A stretch of DNA of 64,000 bases from Microbotryum violaceum (GCA_001244265.2 CDLV01000008.1:186001-250000); one strand, 5' to 3'. Shown: positions 1 through 14,625, counted from the first letter of the stretch. The notes: generated from the sequence alone by a model not told the origin. Numbers and translations are program-made.

Positions 1-1327
1 TCCCCGTCCTCACTCCCTCCCCCATCGTCCTCTTCCCCGCTCCCCTCCTCCTCATCAGAATGATGCGGTCTCCAAGCCCCCCTCATATGATTCGGGTTCA
101 GAACCAACAAATCCCCCTCTTCCTCCACGCGTTCCTTCTCCCTCCTCCTCTCCTCCTCCTCCTTCTTCATCTCCTCAATGATAACCTCCTGCATCTCCAG
201 AACCGATTCCGGCGTCGAGCATGTTTGGTAGCGACTTATGATCGGTCCGTTGATCTCCCAAAAAGAATGACCCCAACTGAATTTGGAGAGAAGTTCTTCG
301 GCTTGGGTGGGGAACGAGCAGATGTACAGCGCCGCGGCGACGGCTTCGAGGCAGGTCAATTTATAGGCTGCGCGGGCCAAGTAGGTCATAATGTGAGTCT
401 ACCCTGAGGAAATTTTTCTCTGTTCCTCGTGTGAAAAGCGAACGTACGTTTGCCATAATTGACCGGATTCGCCGCGATCATGTACGGTACTGCTCACACC
501 CGAATCGAGCGAACGAAGATTCAGTTCTTCATCCTACTCCTCCCCCTCGCATCTCCCTGTGACACTCACATAATCTCTCATGAGGCGACTTGATCTTATG
601 GAACGGAATCTCTTCCAACCTAGCCCATGAACATTCCACCACGGCGACACCGGAAGAAGCGACGATATCTCGATCCGAGGGGGATACGACTTGAGTTCCT
701 TTTGGACTGATGGAAGATGATGTTGGAACAACGTTCACCAAGGAAAATAACCTCGGGATCAACGAAACATCCCGAATTAGCGTTCATCCTCATCTCACTC
801 ACCTCATGACGACCCCTTGAAATTTTTGCCCGACCCTCAATTCCTTCATCAGCCCTAATCGAGCGAGTTTCTTACCCGAACATTTGCGAGGGTCGCAGTG
901 GTCGAAATCCTGAACAACGTAATCAAAAAAGACCAGCTTCTGTCAACGTCAATTTTGCGCTTTAAGATGGAGCTGATCCATCACAACTAACCCACATCGC
1001 CACCGGTAACCTCTTTCCCTCCCTCGGCAACCCATCGACGTCATCTGCTCGCCGCACCCTCAAATTCCCTCCGCAGCATCAGCGAACCCGACGAAACCTC
1101 CATTCCCCCCTATACCGAAAGAAAAGAAACTCACTCCCTTCATCCTCCTCACTATTTCCTTCTTGATCAACAGCCGAAGCGGGTACTTCGATCCCACTGA
1201 CCCCACCGTACACATTCCGATCAGTTCGTGAACGTGTAGAACTGCTACCGCCTCCACGGGTAGAATGTCGGTGCGTGGTACTTCCCTTGGAGGTGGAACC
1301 TCTGTAACGGGATTTAGGTGGAGCCAT
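1..1327 (-). CDS. TSR3: 18S rRNA aminocarboxypropyltransferase Tsr3; multi-exon, 3' end runs off the window
   Basis: Spliced exons give MAPPKSRY..., [18 protein letters not shown] (~860-910), [44 protein letters not shown] and [15 protein letters not shown]...[11 protein letters not shown], followed by an acidic tail. Introns are GT-AG. Confidence 0.93.
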
Positions 1328-1707
1328 GAAGCGAGGCTTGAAAGAGGGTGCGGCCGGGTGGAGTGGGAGGATGGTGAAGGTAAGGAGGGAAAGCTGGTCC
1401 GAGTTGCGAAGAAGGGCTTCTGAGCGGGCCTACTACTAGTGGCAGGAAGGGGAATCACCGGCGAACCGGATCGGACTTCAGCTTATGCTGGAAAAAATTA
1501 TTTCACTGCACCTCGGTAAAGTTTCTGCTATGGACCCTAAGATATCTCCCCTCCCCCTCCCGAGTTCACACCTCTGCGTCGACGGGTGAGAGAGATGAGC
1601 ACGTGACCCACCCTGCCTCCGATCCTAACCGTGCAGCCAGACAATGCAAGAGTTACAACCAATATTACAACTACTAACAGCACATGCCCCGATCCGCCTG
1701 CTCCTCC

Positions 1708-2596
1708 TCATTTGATCCCCTTCCCCTTCCCCTTTTCCTTCTTGACCTTACCCTTCCCCTCCAACCTTTCCTTCTCCTCCATTTCCTCCCTCTTTTTCCT
1801 CTCAAACTCCTCCCTCGAAATACCCCTCGCCTCCTTCTCCGCCCATAATCGATCATTCACACTCTCAAAATCGTAAGAAGGTTCAACCGAACGTTCAAAG
1901 TCCCCCGAAGCCAACGATGCGGCGTAGGCGGATAAGATCGATTCAGTCATTTGTTCGAGGTTGTCCAAGGCTGTGTGTAGCGCCGTGAGTGACGACTTTT
2001 GATCTGGGGACGGTTTAGAGGTTTGGTTCATTAGTTTTTTTTTGGCTTGCTAGAGAGGGAGATGTTCCTTGCCCTTTTGACGTACCGTACATCTGGATAC
2101 GCAGATGAATTTTAGCCTCGGACGGATGAGGTGCGCTGGTAGAGGGGAGAGCGTTAGGAAAAGACCAGCCATACGAAGCCCACATAACTGAACGTTCAAT
2201 GATCCAGATCAAAAGAGCTGACCTGTATCCACAAAACTCGACGTCCGGGCTGTGAACAACACCACCCACACCGGTGTCAATCAGCTCTCGTTCTTCGACC
2301 CGATCTTACTGGTCCCGACTCACTTCTTCATCAACATCCACCTCAACAAATTACCCAACGTATGATCCTCATCATTAATACAATAAGTGACCGCAGTATA
2401 ACCCTCCGTAAAACCAGGGAGCTGAGATGAGAACGAGAGTCCTCATTATCGTTAGTTTGATTAACTCAAAAGCTCATGTGTTTCGCGACTGATCCTTCCT
2501 GAAAGGGTATCGGAAACGTACAGCGTAAATCTTATCCGATCTCACGGACCCATCTTCATCCATAGCGATCGGAGCAGCTGCTGCTGAGTCAGACAT
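1708..2596 (-). CDS. RPC19: RNA polymerase I/III shared subunit AC19 (RpoL/Rpb11 family), multi-exon
   Basis: Exons encode YCINDEDHTLGNLLRWMLMK, PDVEFCGY, SAPHPSEAKIHLRIQMY and LTALHTALDNL. ATG at 2596, stop at 1708. Confidence 0.92.
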
Positions 2597-3054
2597 GGTT
2601 GGGATCGAGAGAGAGTTGGAATGACGCTGAGAAGCGGCTTGGGCTCGGAACTGGTCTTTAGTGAACGACCAGTTGCGAAATCGAAATCGACCGACGCGTA
2701 TAGTTGCGCGCGCACGGACCGCCTCGCTCGTGGATCAACCTCAGGGAGGCTCAGGCAATCTGCGCGCGGGGGCCGGCACCATGATTTCCTACCAAACTGT
2801 ATGGGCGAAATGCTACTCTATTTCGTTCTCATACTGAAACTCAGATCCCCCCTCTCCTCCTCCTCTTCAACACCACATCCAACAATTCCGAAAGGCCGTA
2901 TCATGTATTAAGTTCCGACGGCTGCGGGGACGAAAGTCACTTCTTGCTGGAACCGATGAGGGAGGGGGAAGCTGACCCCTGCGATTCCAAACGATTCATC
3001 TAAAGACTTTTCAAAAGACTGAACCGTACCATGAGTTTGGCGGCAGTAGTTCGC

Positions 3055-3660
3055 TCAAACTCCTCGGGTAACATCGATTTCGGCGACCGGAGACGGTACA
3101 AGAAGTTGCCCGTGGAGAACTTGGAAGCCGAATTGCCACAAAATCGAGTCGCCGAGCAAGACTTGTTCTCGGGGCTCTGGTGGACAGAAGTTCCGAGCAG
3201 TTTGAAGTATCCTCAGCCTGGGCACATACGACCGAGGAGGACTCGGCCCAAGCTTGCTTCGAGTCGAAAATGTTGATCCGACAGTGTCCACTGACCAGAG
3301 GGGAGCGAAGCGGTTTGCCTACTACTAGACGAACGCGCCGATGTCCCGGTCGGTATCCCGATCCGAACGAACGAAGATGACGCTACGGAACAAGCGAGTT
3401 TTGGTGATCTTGGGCGAGCGACGGTTGACCATCCAGAGATGCATGAGGTTGGGGGGACGCGTCCGTACCGGTCTTCGGGACCGCGGTGAGCACCGCAACG
3501 GAGGCCCATTCGACCGTGTGGAACGAGGGTTGTCGTCGCCGAGGTGGGGCAAATGGGAGGCGATGTGGTCGAGCACCTCGTACGGTATGCACGTGAGATT
3601 GACGCAAGGCGGTGAACTAGGATCCCCGGCCTCGCCGTCGCGTCTTTGAGGATGGACAAA
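3055..3660 (-). pseudogene. possible F-box-like gene remnant
   Basis: LTCIPYEVLDHIASHL...LMHLWMVNRR...LFRSVIF resembles a fungal F-box-like N-terminus. The frame ends at TAG TAG near 3325. Confidence 0.3.
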
Positions 3661-4545
3661 TGGGGGTCAGCGTCTCGAGCTTTGAGGTCTCAGCTTCCGT
3701 CCGTCCTCGCATCGTACAGCCCACTGCAAGACTTTATACTTGACGTACACAGATCCCACCGTCCCTTCTGGATCGATCAGACAGTTTTCGATTGGAAAAA
3801 GTTAAATTGAACGTGTGAATCGATCTGAAGTGAGCGGGGATAGATGAGCTAGCGCATTCGACGCGGTGGATCAAGGGGGTGGATCACGTGACAAGCCCGG
3901 CGGGGCCCCACTTTTGTAGTCGACCCATCATCCTCCAACAACTTCAATCGTCCTCCAAGGGCACCGTCCTTCTATGATGGGGGGATTCAAACCAACAAAG
4001 GGACCTCCGACTGAAAAGTCTCACTGCGGAGCGACCGATCGGAAGGCCGAGGCCCGCGTCCCTGGCTCCCTTTGTACTTCCCCCCCCCCCTGTACGAATT
4101 CGGCGCGATTTGTTTTGGGTTCGGAGACCCCTTCCTCCGTGGAAGGCAAAGCTGGCGCGGAACCGTGCTCAAGGTGTGTTCACCACGGACCTTGTCACTT
4201 AGGAGAGTGGGGTCCTTCATCTCCTTAGACATTCGGCTTCGAACAAGGGCCATTCTCGCCGTCCGAGCTCAGACTTGAAACCGTTCTCGAGAACAAGGTT
4301 CTCCCGTCGAAAGCGCGCGGCCGCATTATCAACGCAACGCACTCAACGCGGAACAACTTGGGTTTAACCTCTCATCTTCATCAAACCACTTCACTTATTT
4401 TCCCTCCAAGCTTCTTCTGTTGTGTATTTTCTTCGCGTCAATCCGTATCCCGTTCCCGGCGAACGTGGGGTGTTCATAACTTCCGTTTCACCGACCGGTT
4501 CGATTACCTGTTCCCGTTTGTTCATTACCGACCTTCCAAACAGAA

Positions 4546-5613
4546 ATGGCAACTTACTCCTACAACGATAGAAAAGGTACATCGCAGCTAAGTGAACACA
4601 AGCCCTTGTCCGGATACAGCTGACGCCCACCAGTTTCCCTCTCAGCCGAAGCACTCCAGGCTGCCCGAACCCTGCGCACCCTAAAGTTCGCTCGTTCCTG
4701 TGATCTCGCATCGGTATTGGCCAGCAACAAACGACGTCTATTAGCCCGAGAACGTGCGATCCTTCGTCCGAATGATCCTCAATCCCAATCCGAGCTGCCT
4801 AAGAAGCGAAGAGAATCGATCGGACCTATTCGAACGACGTGTACATCCACGCACCAGTACGATCGAAAACCTCTTCAACCACCGGCCGATTTGAAACCGT
4901 CCGTTCTTGAACAGGCTCCATCTACTCCCTCTTCTCTAGGCCCGGTCCGAACTCAATCAAAGTCGAATCGAACGGTCGAAGGCGTAGTTCATGTCGGGCG
5001 CCAAGTGTATATCGTTGAACGAGCGACCAAAGTGACCATCTCGACTGTGAGGAGGGTCGTGAGTGTACCTCCTGTTGGGACGAGGGAATGGGAGGTGTTG
5101 AAACCTTATTTGGTGCCGAGGAGGCAGGAAAAGGGTGAGGGGATGACGGGCACAGCGGAAGGTACGGTGAAGGATGAGGTCAAGGTTGAGGGGGAGTGCG
5201 AGATGAAGGACGGGACAGGGGTCGAAAGGGATGCAAAGGTGAGATTGGGGACCCTGCACATGCGCGCTGCTCAGGCTGCGCACCCTTTCATGTAACATGA
5301 GCTCACCCTGATCCCCTCTCTTTGGCTCTAGAACTCCACCCCCATGCCTATTTCAAACCCATCTCACCTCACCTTCCGCTTCCCCGACCCCTCCGCCCAC
5401 ACCCAAAGACAACACTGTACCCGCGCACCTCCTCTTCAAGCGCCCACGCCTCGTCGTCGCTCCTCCCTAGCCTCAGCCTACGAACGTTTCCTCCGCGAAA
5501 CAATCCCCAGTCCTCGCGAGTTTCAGCAGCATAGGACAAACTCCTCGGTCCCTCAAAGTGCCCCTTTGTGCTGGAGGAGGGGCAAGCGTATTCGGCCTTT
5601 GACTTTGTTCTGA
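4546..5613 (+). CDS. hypothetical protein (spliced; boundaries uncertain)
   Basis: ATG at 4546 is followed by a GT donor, then a 192-aa open frame (4717-5295) and a further frame to 5613. No recognisable motif. Confidence 0.3.
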
Positions 5614-5833
5614 GGTTTGTTCACTTTTGGGGGGACAACCTACACCAACGGAGGAAGGACCAAAATTGCTCTCTGTACGATGAAAAAAACGGAGTAAAAT
5701 TCAAATGCAATAAAAAAAAAGTACTGCAAGGGTCACCGACTCAATGTATGACTAACATTACCACCCATCAACTCGAATCAAACTTTATCCTCGCGCGAAC
5801 TCAAACGATACTCTGAAATATGCAAGCCTGCTA

Positions 5834-8538
5834 TCAGCCGCTTTCCTCTCTTCGTTCTCCTTCCTCCTCCTCTTGATCGCTATAAACATCCAATTTGAAC
5901 TGCGTTACTTGGGGTAAGAACGCCAATGCGCCCAGGTCGAGCGAGTAGCATTCGTCAAATACTTGTTTCCCGTCAAAGCCTGGAAGGAGAAGGAGAGCCA
6001 TTGGGCACGTCAGCACGCACATCATAATGTATCTGAACGAGTGCAGAGATCGGTGCTCACCTCCAATACAAAGCAATCTCGAGTCATGTAGAACGCAAGT
6101 GTGGTAACCCCTTGGACTTGGGGCATGCCCGTGCGCACTCCGGGGTTCCCACTGCAACGACACTGCGGGTGAGACATTCGGGGTGTGTTGTACAATCAGT
6201 ACCAACCCAGCGTCTCTCGGCAGGACATCCACCACGTACCCAGATTAAAGAAGAGCAACTCGTTCGAGAAATCGATCCCATCATGCCCACCAAAGATGAC
6301 GAGGTACGATCCCAGCAAGGTCGCCGAGTGCGACAGACGAGGGAAAGCCTCTGTTCGTGGTGGTGGTCCAACATATGAGGTCGCCTTGCTCGGTGAAAGC
6401 GGTGCAGGAAATTCAGGGATGATTTCGGTCCATGTCAGACCCTCTGCAGAAAGATTCAACGATCGAATCGGTCAGAGGCCATCGTTTTTCCTGAAAGCGG
6501 TTTTCACGCACCCAGATCGAGCACAAACATGTCCGAGAAGCACTCCGTTCCATCCGAACCACCAAAGACGATGGCCTTTGATCCGACGAGCGTCATCGAG
6601 TGGTATCCTCTTCGAACAGGTTTTGGACCCCTGACTCGTAGTTCCGACCAGGTCGGTCGGTAATGGTTCGACACGTCCAAGCTGTGCACGTCTTGCAGGG
6701 CGTTCTGCACTCATCGAAGGAAAGGCTCTTCAGAGTTAGCGACGGTCAAGATCAGGGGCTAGCCGTAGTGCACACTCACGGAACCATTCCCTCCTCCGAA
6801 AATGATGATACGGCTCCCGTACAGCACCGCAGCGTGTGCTCGTCGTTTCGTAGGTGTTGGCCCGTAGACCTTCGGTCTGAACCACTCGTGAGAAGCTGTC
6901 AACGACACGCCAGGATCATGTCAATTTGCTTCCTTCCGCTTTCAAAGTAAGGCACCAACTGTCAGGCGTACTCGTCTCAAAGTAATAGACCGAATTAGAG
7001 TAGTTGGGCCCATCACCACCCGCAATGACCCATATTCGGCTCCCAACGACGGTCGATGTATGCGCTCGAGTGACGGGTGGAACATCGCCGAGGACCTTGA
7101 TTTTGGACCAGAGGAACGAATCGCCGTCCAGCTTCCACACATCACGGAAGCAGACACCCTTGAGGTCGCATCCTCCAAAGCAATAAATGGAGGTGTCGAC
7201 GACGACGGCGGTGTGGGCTCGCATCGGACGAGGAAGTCGACCCGAGACGGGGGTGCGTGACCAGCTGGTGGAGGGACCAGAAGTGGGGTCAGATTTGGAC
7301 GTGAAGTACCAGGTGCCACACGTCTCACTGACTACATGGAGGTTGCAGGTGCTCTAGCAACTTTGCCGTGAGGTAGGGTTGGCTCCCCTCGACGAGAGCT
7401 AGAGCTAGAGTTGGGAACCGGACGAGTCGCCGTCGTGGTCATCTGGGCCAGTGCCGAAGACTTGGTTGCCGAAAATGGAGAGGGCCCACTCGCGGAGGGC
7501 AGAGGCGACCGCGAGGCCGTGTTGATCTGACCGACCAATGGCTTGTTGCTGGTGTTGTTGTTCATCGACATGCCGTTGAATGAAGAAGAAGACATTGCTC
7601 CTGTTGGAGTTGAGGGCTCGGGGGTCGCCGAGGTAGCGGCCCTTGGTGAAGTGGCCCAGTTCTGCAATCGATCAGGTCGGGGTCAGTGCCTCGCAGCCTG
7701 AGAGCCTGAGGTGAGGGTCTCTACTTACGGAAGAGGGTGGGTGTTGCTGCTTGTTCGTAGCTTTGGGCAGGGTGGCTGTCGAGGAGTGGGCATCGTGGAC
7801 GAGCGCCGAGGTGGTGTGGGGGTGAATGAAAGATGGTTGGTTTGCGAGGGCGTGGGCATGGGCGTTCGATGACAGTAACGACGACGAGGCCGCGAAGGAA
7901 GGCGCGAACGTCGTCGTGAGGTCTTGCTGCATACGGTGGTTTGTCGTCGCTGGCCCAGTGGGCTCGTTGGGACTCATGCTCTTGGTTCTCGCAGTAGGGG
8001 TGCTATGTCTGGGCGCGTCGGCAGCGGTAGCTCCCACTGGATGAGGTCCGTGGGTGAAGATCGTGTTCCAGCTGTTGAGCGGCGTGGCTACCGGGCTCTG
8101 TGAGCTCGTCTTAGGACGATGCGGTAGCTCAACTCTGCGGGGCGCATTGATGGGCGAGGACGTAGTACTAATCGACGAGCGTCGACGGAGGCTGAGGCCG
8201 AATGCGAAACCGGCGCCGCTCGCGCTCGTCGTCAATGTGCCCGAGCGCGCGGCCTCGGCCTCGGCCTCGGTAGGTGAGACGGGCGAGCCAGCAGCCGCTG
8301 CAGCGCGCCGGGTCAAGCTTAAGTCCAAGGCGGCCGCGGCGTTCTGGACCGTGGTCACCTTGCTGCTGGTCTTCTTGTTGAACAAGGACGAGCGCCGTAT
8401 GGACAAGAGGCTTCGACTCGCCACAGAAGCAGTCGAGCTGGCTGGTTTGGTCAACGTCCCGGTGGTACCACTTGTAGCAATTCCACTCGCACTGCCCCCA
8501 CTGCTGCTGGTCGTCGCCGCGTCGTCTGAACGGGCCAT
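5834..8538 (-). CDS. Kelch-repeat beta-propeller protein with a long S/T-rich N-terminus
   Basis: Repeated Kelch motifs: RAHTAVVVDTSIYCFGG, RAHTSTVVGSRIWVIAGG, RGYHSMTLVGSKAIVFGG, RLSHSATLLGSYLVIFGG, RGYHTCVLHDSRLLCIGG. First plausible ATG (MARSDD) at 8538. Confidence 0.88.
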
Positions 8539-8562
8539 CGAGAGCAAGGCCGAAATGTGAAA

Positions 8563-8890
8563 CCGAAACCAAGGTGAGACAAACAAGGTGGCGCGTTGAA
8601 GCGGTGGGCGCGGGCGCACGGCGGTGCGTTCAAGGTTTTGCGGGTCTGATCAGAAGGAAGTGAAGGTGGGCATTGGGAACTCTCTAGTTGGAAAAGGCTT
8701 GCACAAGACCCCAGGGCCGCGTTCTTGAGTCACCTAGTACCTACACTGTAGTAATACTTAGCAGCTGCCGGGGAAACGGGCCGAGCGCGAGCGATCCATC
8801 GTCGCGTCTCGGATTAGTTTAGTGCCTGTGCGTCTCGCTGTAGCGCGCAGACGCGCGCGTACCACCAGCAAGTTCAACTCACCCCTGAAC
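8563..8890. promoter_or_regulatory. intergenic/promoter region between the divergent Kelch and GT92-like genes; left part of duplicated segment copy 1
   Basis: Near-identical to 38448-38775. In that copy it runs directly into the GT92-like upstream sequence. The promoter role is inferred from position only. Confidence 0.6.
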
Positions 8891-9142
8891 AGCTTGATAC
8901 CCCTGAACAGGACCCCCGAAAGCCCAGCCAGAGGCGGCCCGCAAGTTTGGACATTTTTGGCTCAAAATGGGTCGAGGCTCACCTCATTTATGGACATTTT
9001 CCTCCCTCCGGTCAAACTTTGAAGCGCAGACCAGGGTAGCGGGAGGCTGGAGGCGCGGGGCATATATAGCCGCTGCGCGCGGGTAACAGTCGCGCTGTTT
9101 GCGATTTGAGCGCGTTGGTAAGTGCTGCATTTGTGATCAATC

Positions 9143-11343
9143 ATGAGCTCCTATTCGAGTCCATTTCAGTTTGACTCGCGCGACACGCCACCGACCACGG
9201 TCGTGGCACCCAATCACTGGCACTCTATACTCTACAAACGTGTCTACAAAGGTGTTCAAAATACCTGTGATCATTAATATCGAACCGAGCTTTGCTCTCA
9301 CCTCCGAGGAATTTCAATCTTGAGCCCTGTTGCCGACCTACGCCTCGTTGACCTACTCGCGTACGACCTACCTGCGCCCGACGCTTCTCTCCGACTTGCT
9401 CTATCGAAAGATGACCCTCGACATTTTGACGCACTGCCACGCCCCTTGAAGCAATCTATCGGAAAGTATTCCGATCAAAGCTTTCTATCCTTGGCTTATC
9501 TCGATGGCTATCGATCTATCGCATTCGCCGTATCGGGGTCGTCGGTCAATGCGCCTTCCTCTCAATGCCTCGGCGTTATGGGCCCATCTCGACAAGGCAG
9601 AAAAAATTCGATATACGATCCACAACATTCAAGAACAGGTTTCTCAATTAGCTAACGCCGACGCAATTCGGGAGCATGAGCTTGCCAGTGCTCGTCATCA
9701 CCTCACTCGCATACGTTGGACAGCTGTCGACCGCGTCTATCTCCGAGGTCGATCTACACGCCTCCAAGACTTTCTACAGATCCTCAGTGAGTCTGCATCC
9801 TCTCGACTCATTCATGAGTCGATCTTGGATACTGATGTGGGTAAAATCTTGCGTGTGTCTGCAGGCTCCGCCTGGTACTCCGAAACACATCCGAGTCGAC
9901 CGTTCGCCAAGGTGTCCCTCCGAACGTGAACGAGGCTGGTCTGAACCAAGTCCTCGATCGTCTCCGTCTTGTCGGATCGGAGCCATTACCGTGTATTATG
10001 CGACGCGAGGAATGCGACGCGCTTCTTTCGGTGACTGCGCTTGACATTGACCAGGAAGTTCTGATGTACGTAGCTTGGTGTTTGAGAGCAACAAACGATC
10101 ACTAACAACCGTATATTGAACCCTCAGCGATGCTGTTGATGCTGGCTTCGATCAAGCCGATGCAGAAGAAGAAGATCGACAGTTTCGAAGGATCCTGGCC
10201 GAAGCATGCTATGAGCATGAGCAATCCGTGAGTGAACACAATTATCGGTTGATCGATGCATTTACCGATACAGACCCGTGTTCCCAACCAGTGGGAAGCG
10301 CCCCCGTACCCGCGTGATCTTCTAGAGAAGGGGGCCCTCTACTCTGTCCCCACACTCGACTTGGACAGCTTGCTCGCTCGACGACGTGCACACCAATGCC
10401 GACACCTTGAGAAGACCAAGTTTAAAGGTGGCGCGCAGAACGTAGCGTCAGACCAACCCTTTGCCCAAAACCGAACCGAGCACCGCGGCAACGTGCATTC
10501 TGCCGCACTTCGACGGATAGTCGAGACAACGGGAATGGACAGGTATCGACAGTTTGTGGGGAACGAGTGGAACCTTCGCTTCAGGGACAAATATTCGGGA
10601 GAAGACGTTGCACGAGCAAGCGACAACTGCGATCATCACCGAGGGACGATTTCACGTTAGTCGCTGATTCGTGATGTATCATGACGCAAGCTGGGGCGTG
10701 CCTTTTCTTGCGCTCACATTTGACTCCGACACCACAGAACAAAATGAAAGGACGATAAGAGGTCTATGGTCAGATCATGTCGAACCACGCACTCGTCCGA
10801 GCTGTTGATGGTAATGTGTCTGCACTCCATTCTCTCAAGGTGGACACACTGGTCGTGTATGGAATCCCAGAAGACCCTATGGGTTTGCCTTCGGGTGAAC
10901 AATGCGGGGAACGACTGGCAATCGGGATAGGTATGCCAAACTACTACTTGTGTGGGGAAACTTCACATGACTGACTAGCACCGTCGTGACTGCGCATTTT
11001 ACTTGTCACCTTCCCTGCAGTGAGGAACGTTTACAAGAAGTCAAGCACAACTTATGAAAGTGTTGAAAGTCTTGACTCTCTCGCTCTTTTCGCAAATGCC
11101 GTGATACAAGAGCTGCGCGTCATCGCTCCGGGAGTTTACTCCAACCTGTCTCATCAGGGCAACACGCGCATTCGTCAAGTCGATGGGCGCTGTATCATGT
11201 ATTCGCTCAAACCAAACTTGTCAAGCATCAACTACGAGGTCAAGGATTCCACACGATCTAACTGGCGTGATGGAGGGGAAATTCACATCACCGTCAATCA
11301 AGAAAAACGGTACAGGCTTTTGCAGAACATTAAAGGAATTTGA
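9143..11343 (+). pseudogene. frameshifted gene inside the DNA transposon; putative deleted transposase or cargo
   Basis: Chain of protein-like open frames (9320-9655, 9504-9929, 10256-10660, 10777-10974, 11020-11343) broken by frameshifts and introns. No DDE catalytic core is visible. Confidence 0.45.
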
Positions 11344-12633
11344 GCAGCATCCCTTGCTTGTCTTGCATCAGGAGGCCGTTCAGACGAAGACGAAGGGCGT
11401 CAACAATGATGAAGAATGAAGGTCAGCCTGGCTCATGCTCGTATGGCGGTAAGCTTTGTCAGAGCTTAGCCCATCAAGCGCGGCAGTGGATCGCGGCGGG
11501 GTGGGGAGCAGAGCTAGCAGAGCGCTGGCGGCGCTCTTGGTGCGCGCGCGCGACCTTTCCGGCCCGCGCGCGGCGAAAACGCAGTCTGCGCGCAGCGCAG
11601 AAAACTTTCTGAGCATTGTAGAGCTTGGAGAGTAGTTTTCAGAAATTATTCAGCACTAGGCGGTGGTCATTTTCGGTCAAAATCTGGAAATTAACGCACC
11701 GCGGGGCGGCGACAAGTCCCTGAACCTCCAGCGCCCTCTACAAAGTCACACTCGCACAACACTATGGCCTGAGGATAGGCACTACCTCCTACTTAGCCGC
11801 AGGCGAATAACCACCGCAAGACAAGGCTAGAGATCGACTCTGACGACAAATTAAATCCACCTTACATTCAATTTCGACTGCATTTCATTTCAATATTTCT
11901 TCTCTGTCTATCCTCATTCAGACATATATATATATATCGTTTCCGTTGTCTAAATAAGGTCCAGGAACCCTTTCTTTCCTCACCATTCGCTTGAGACCAA
12001 TCAAGCATGAGCCTTCCCGGTCCTGCGGTAGGCGCCAGCCGCGCGTTCCGAAGAGACTCCATGATCCTTGTTGGCGGCCTCTTTCGCCTGCGCGTGAGCC
12101 GGATTCTCGTTGTTGTCGGTGGCTGTTGAACGCCAAGTAACCAAACACGTCAGCCGGTATAAAATTTTTAGTGGGGAATTGCGGGCTTGAACTCATTCTC
12201 ATGACCATCGGTGCTCGACAAGTCAATATTCAGCTCGGCGTCAACGCTCGACAGGGGAGGCGATGATCCGCCTGGGACTGAGTCGGACTGTCGGCGGGGG
12301 AGTGGTCTGGCGTGTCATCTGCCGCACATCAGGCAAGGGAACTACATCAGGCCCATGCAATATGCACCAAAGGTTTGCCGGCTCCAAGCGCGAGCCTCGT
12401 CGGTGCAGACAACCGCACACCGATCACCTTCACCTGGCAGGCGTAGGATATCCTTGTGCAAGTCGGCCAGGGTGCTCATCGACAGTCACGGGGAGTTGCG
12501 TGGGATATCCTTTGGCGTACCTGCGACCGGTAAAAAGCCTCTCCCGGACCTCTGCATAAAATTGACTGTAATCGGGCAGGTCGAGAATGTTCTCCGGGCC
12601 CAAATGGGAACAGGCGGAACCACGCCGGCCTCC

Positions 12634-12877
<244 letters not shown>

Positions 12878-14109
12878 TTAATGACTGCACACATCCGTGT
12901 CAGCCGAATCATCAGACGCTGGAGCACACAAAGGCAAACATATACATTACTACTTACATCATGGGTGTCATCAACTGGTGTTGGATGGAGACCACCTGCG
13001 GCTTCGCCGTTAGTAGGTTTGGGGTGTTGGATGCGATCGCTGGCCGGGCCGGTGAGGGTGAGAAAGGGGAAAAAGTCAGGTCTCTGTCTTTCTTTGCAAC
13101 GGATTCAACTTACATTAACTGTTTCCCAATTTCCATGCCGTTGCCCCATGTTCAGAAAAAGAAGGATCGCAACTTGGACATGCCCTGAGTCGCAACTTTG
13201 CCTCGGACTCGGATGTCACGAACAAGTGCTCCGACCGCTGCCTTTCTGGGGGCAGAGGCAAGCTTGTGCTCGAGGCTGAATACACAAAGTGTACCCCAAG
13301 TCAACTTCTATAATAACATCTAGTAGTAGTTGGGCTGGCCCTCTAGGTCGCTCCGCCGATGGTACACGCGAAGCAGTGATTGCAGCACGCCATTTGGCTA
13401 CCCTCGAAATCAAACGTTGTAGGTCTGGGGACCAGGATGTCATTGGCTGTGCTTCGCTTGAAGATGTAGCCACTCTCGCATGCTGGACAACGCCCAGCGC
13501 ATGAAGACAATAGAATACCCAAAAATAAGTAGTCTTTGATCGCCGAGAGAGTAGCCCTGCAAGTTGTGAGTCTGACAGACAATCTGCAGTTCTTCCAAAC
13601 GAAATTTGACGTTGGACAAGACGAGCTGTCGCAACGAGCACCTGATCACTAAAATCCTCGTCAAGCGAATGCGAGGAACCAGGTCTGTTCAGTCCATGAT
13701 AAGTGTACTGTACTCATTCGCCAGGTTGGCAAGAGCGACTGTCTCTTGTCAAGCCAAGCTCCCAGATGCCGTCCAATGACTCGGAGTCGCAATGACTCGG
13801 CGTCGGGAGGCACGACTAAGACACGTGAACTGGGAGAGATCGACATCGCCGCAAGGTGGGTGGACACAAATGCCACTTGATACCAAAGACTGGTGGGTCG
13901 GACTGAGCACCGTTCGTAACTGATGAACTACTCCACGGTGGAGGACGGCCGTACCATGAGCTACTGAGATGTTGATGTTCGCACACAGCTATCAGACGGG
14001 GCCGAAACGCACGCCTAGTACAGGACTTGACACTGCGTGCCATTCGCCGCCGTTCCGCGCCGGTCTGTGCAGGTCTGTGCCGGCTTTTGCCGGCTGGCTG
14101 TAATATAAT

Positions 14110-14290
14110 GTTGAGATCGTCGTCAATTTTCCCAAACTCGCGGCGCCTCCCAGGCCGCCCCCCAGCGTTGAGACCGTCTGAGATCGTCGTCAATTTCTCG
14201 AAGTCGCGGCACCCCCCCAGGCCGCCCCCCAGCGTTGAGATCGTCGTCAATTTCCCAAAGTCGCTGAGATCGTCGTCAGTTTCCCAAGCT
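14110..14290. repeat. subterminal direct repeats of the DNA transposon
   Basis: Four copies of tgagatcgtcgtca(a/g)ttt and two of ccaggccgccccccagcgttgaga lie near the right TIR. Confidence 0.8.
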
Positions 14291-14625
14291 CGCGCCGCCG
14301 AATTTTTCTGGAACATACCTTCAGCTCTAAAGAGCTTCAGGGATTCAGGGATGTTTTGGACATTTTGCCTCGAAAAAGGCCGTTTTTAGAGGGCCGCCTA
14401 TGGCTGGGCTTTCGGGGGTCCTCCCTGAACCCCTTGTAATCGAGACGCTGTCAATCTCTCGCTGATCTCACACTCCTTGTCATAATTGCTCATCACCCTC
14501 CCATTGCTGATACCCTACTTGTGGTTGGCTTTTCTTCACCGAGCCTGACCATTCCGACTTTGGACGAGAACGAACTCGACTCCTAACGCGCTTCCCCACG
14601 TCGCAGCCGGTGCACACGCTTCCGC

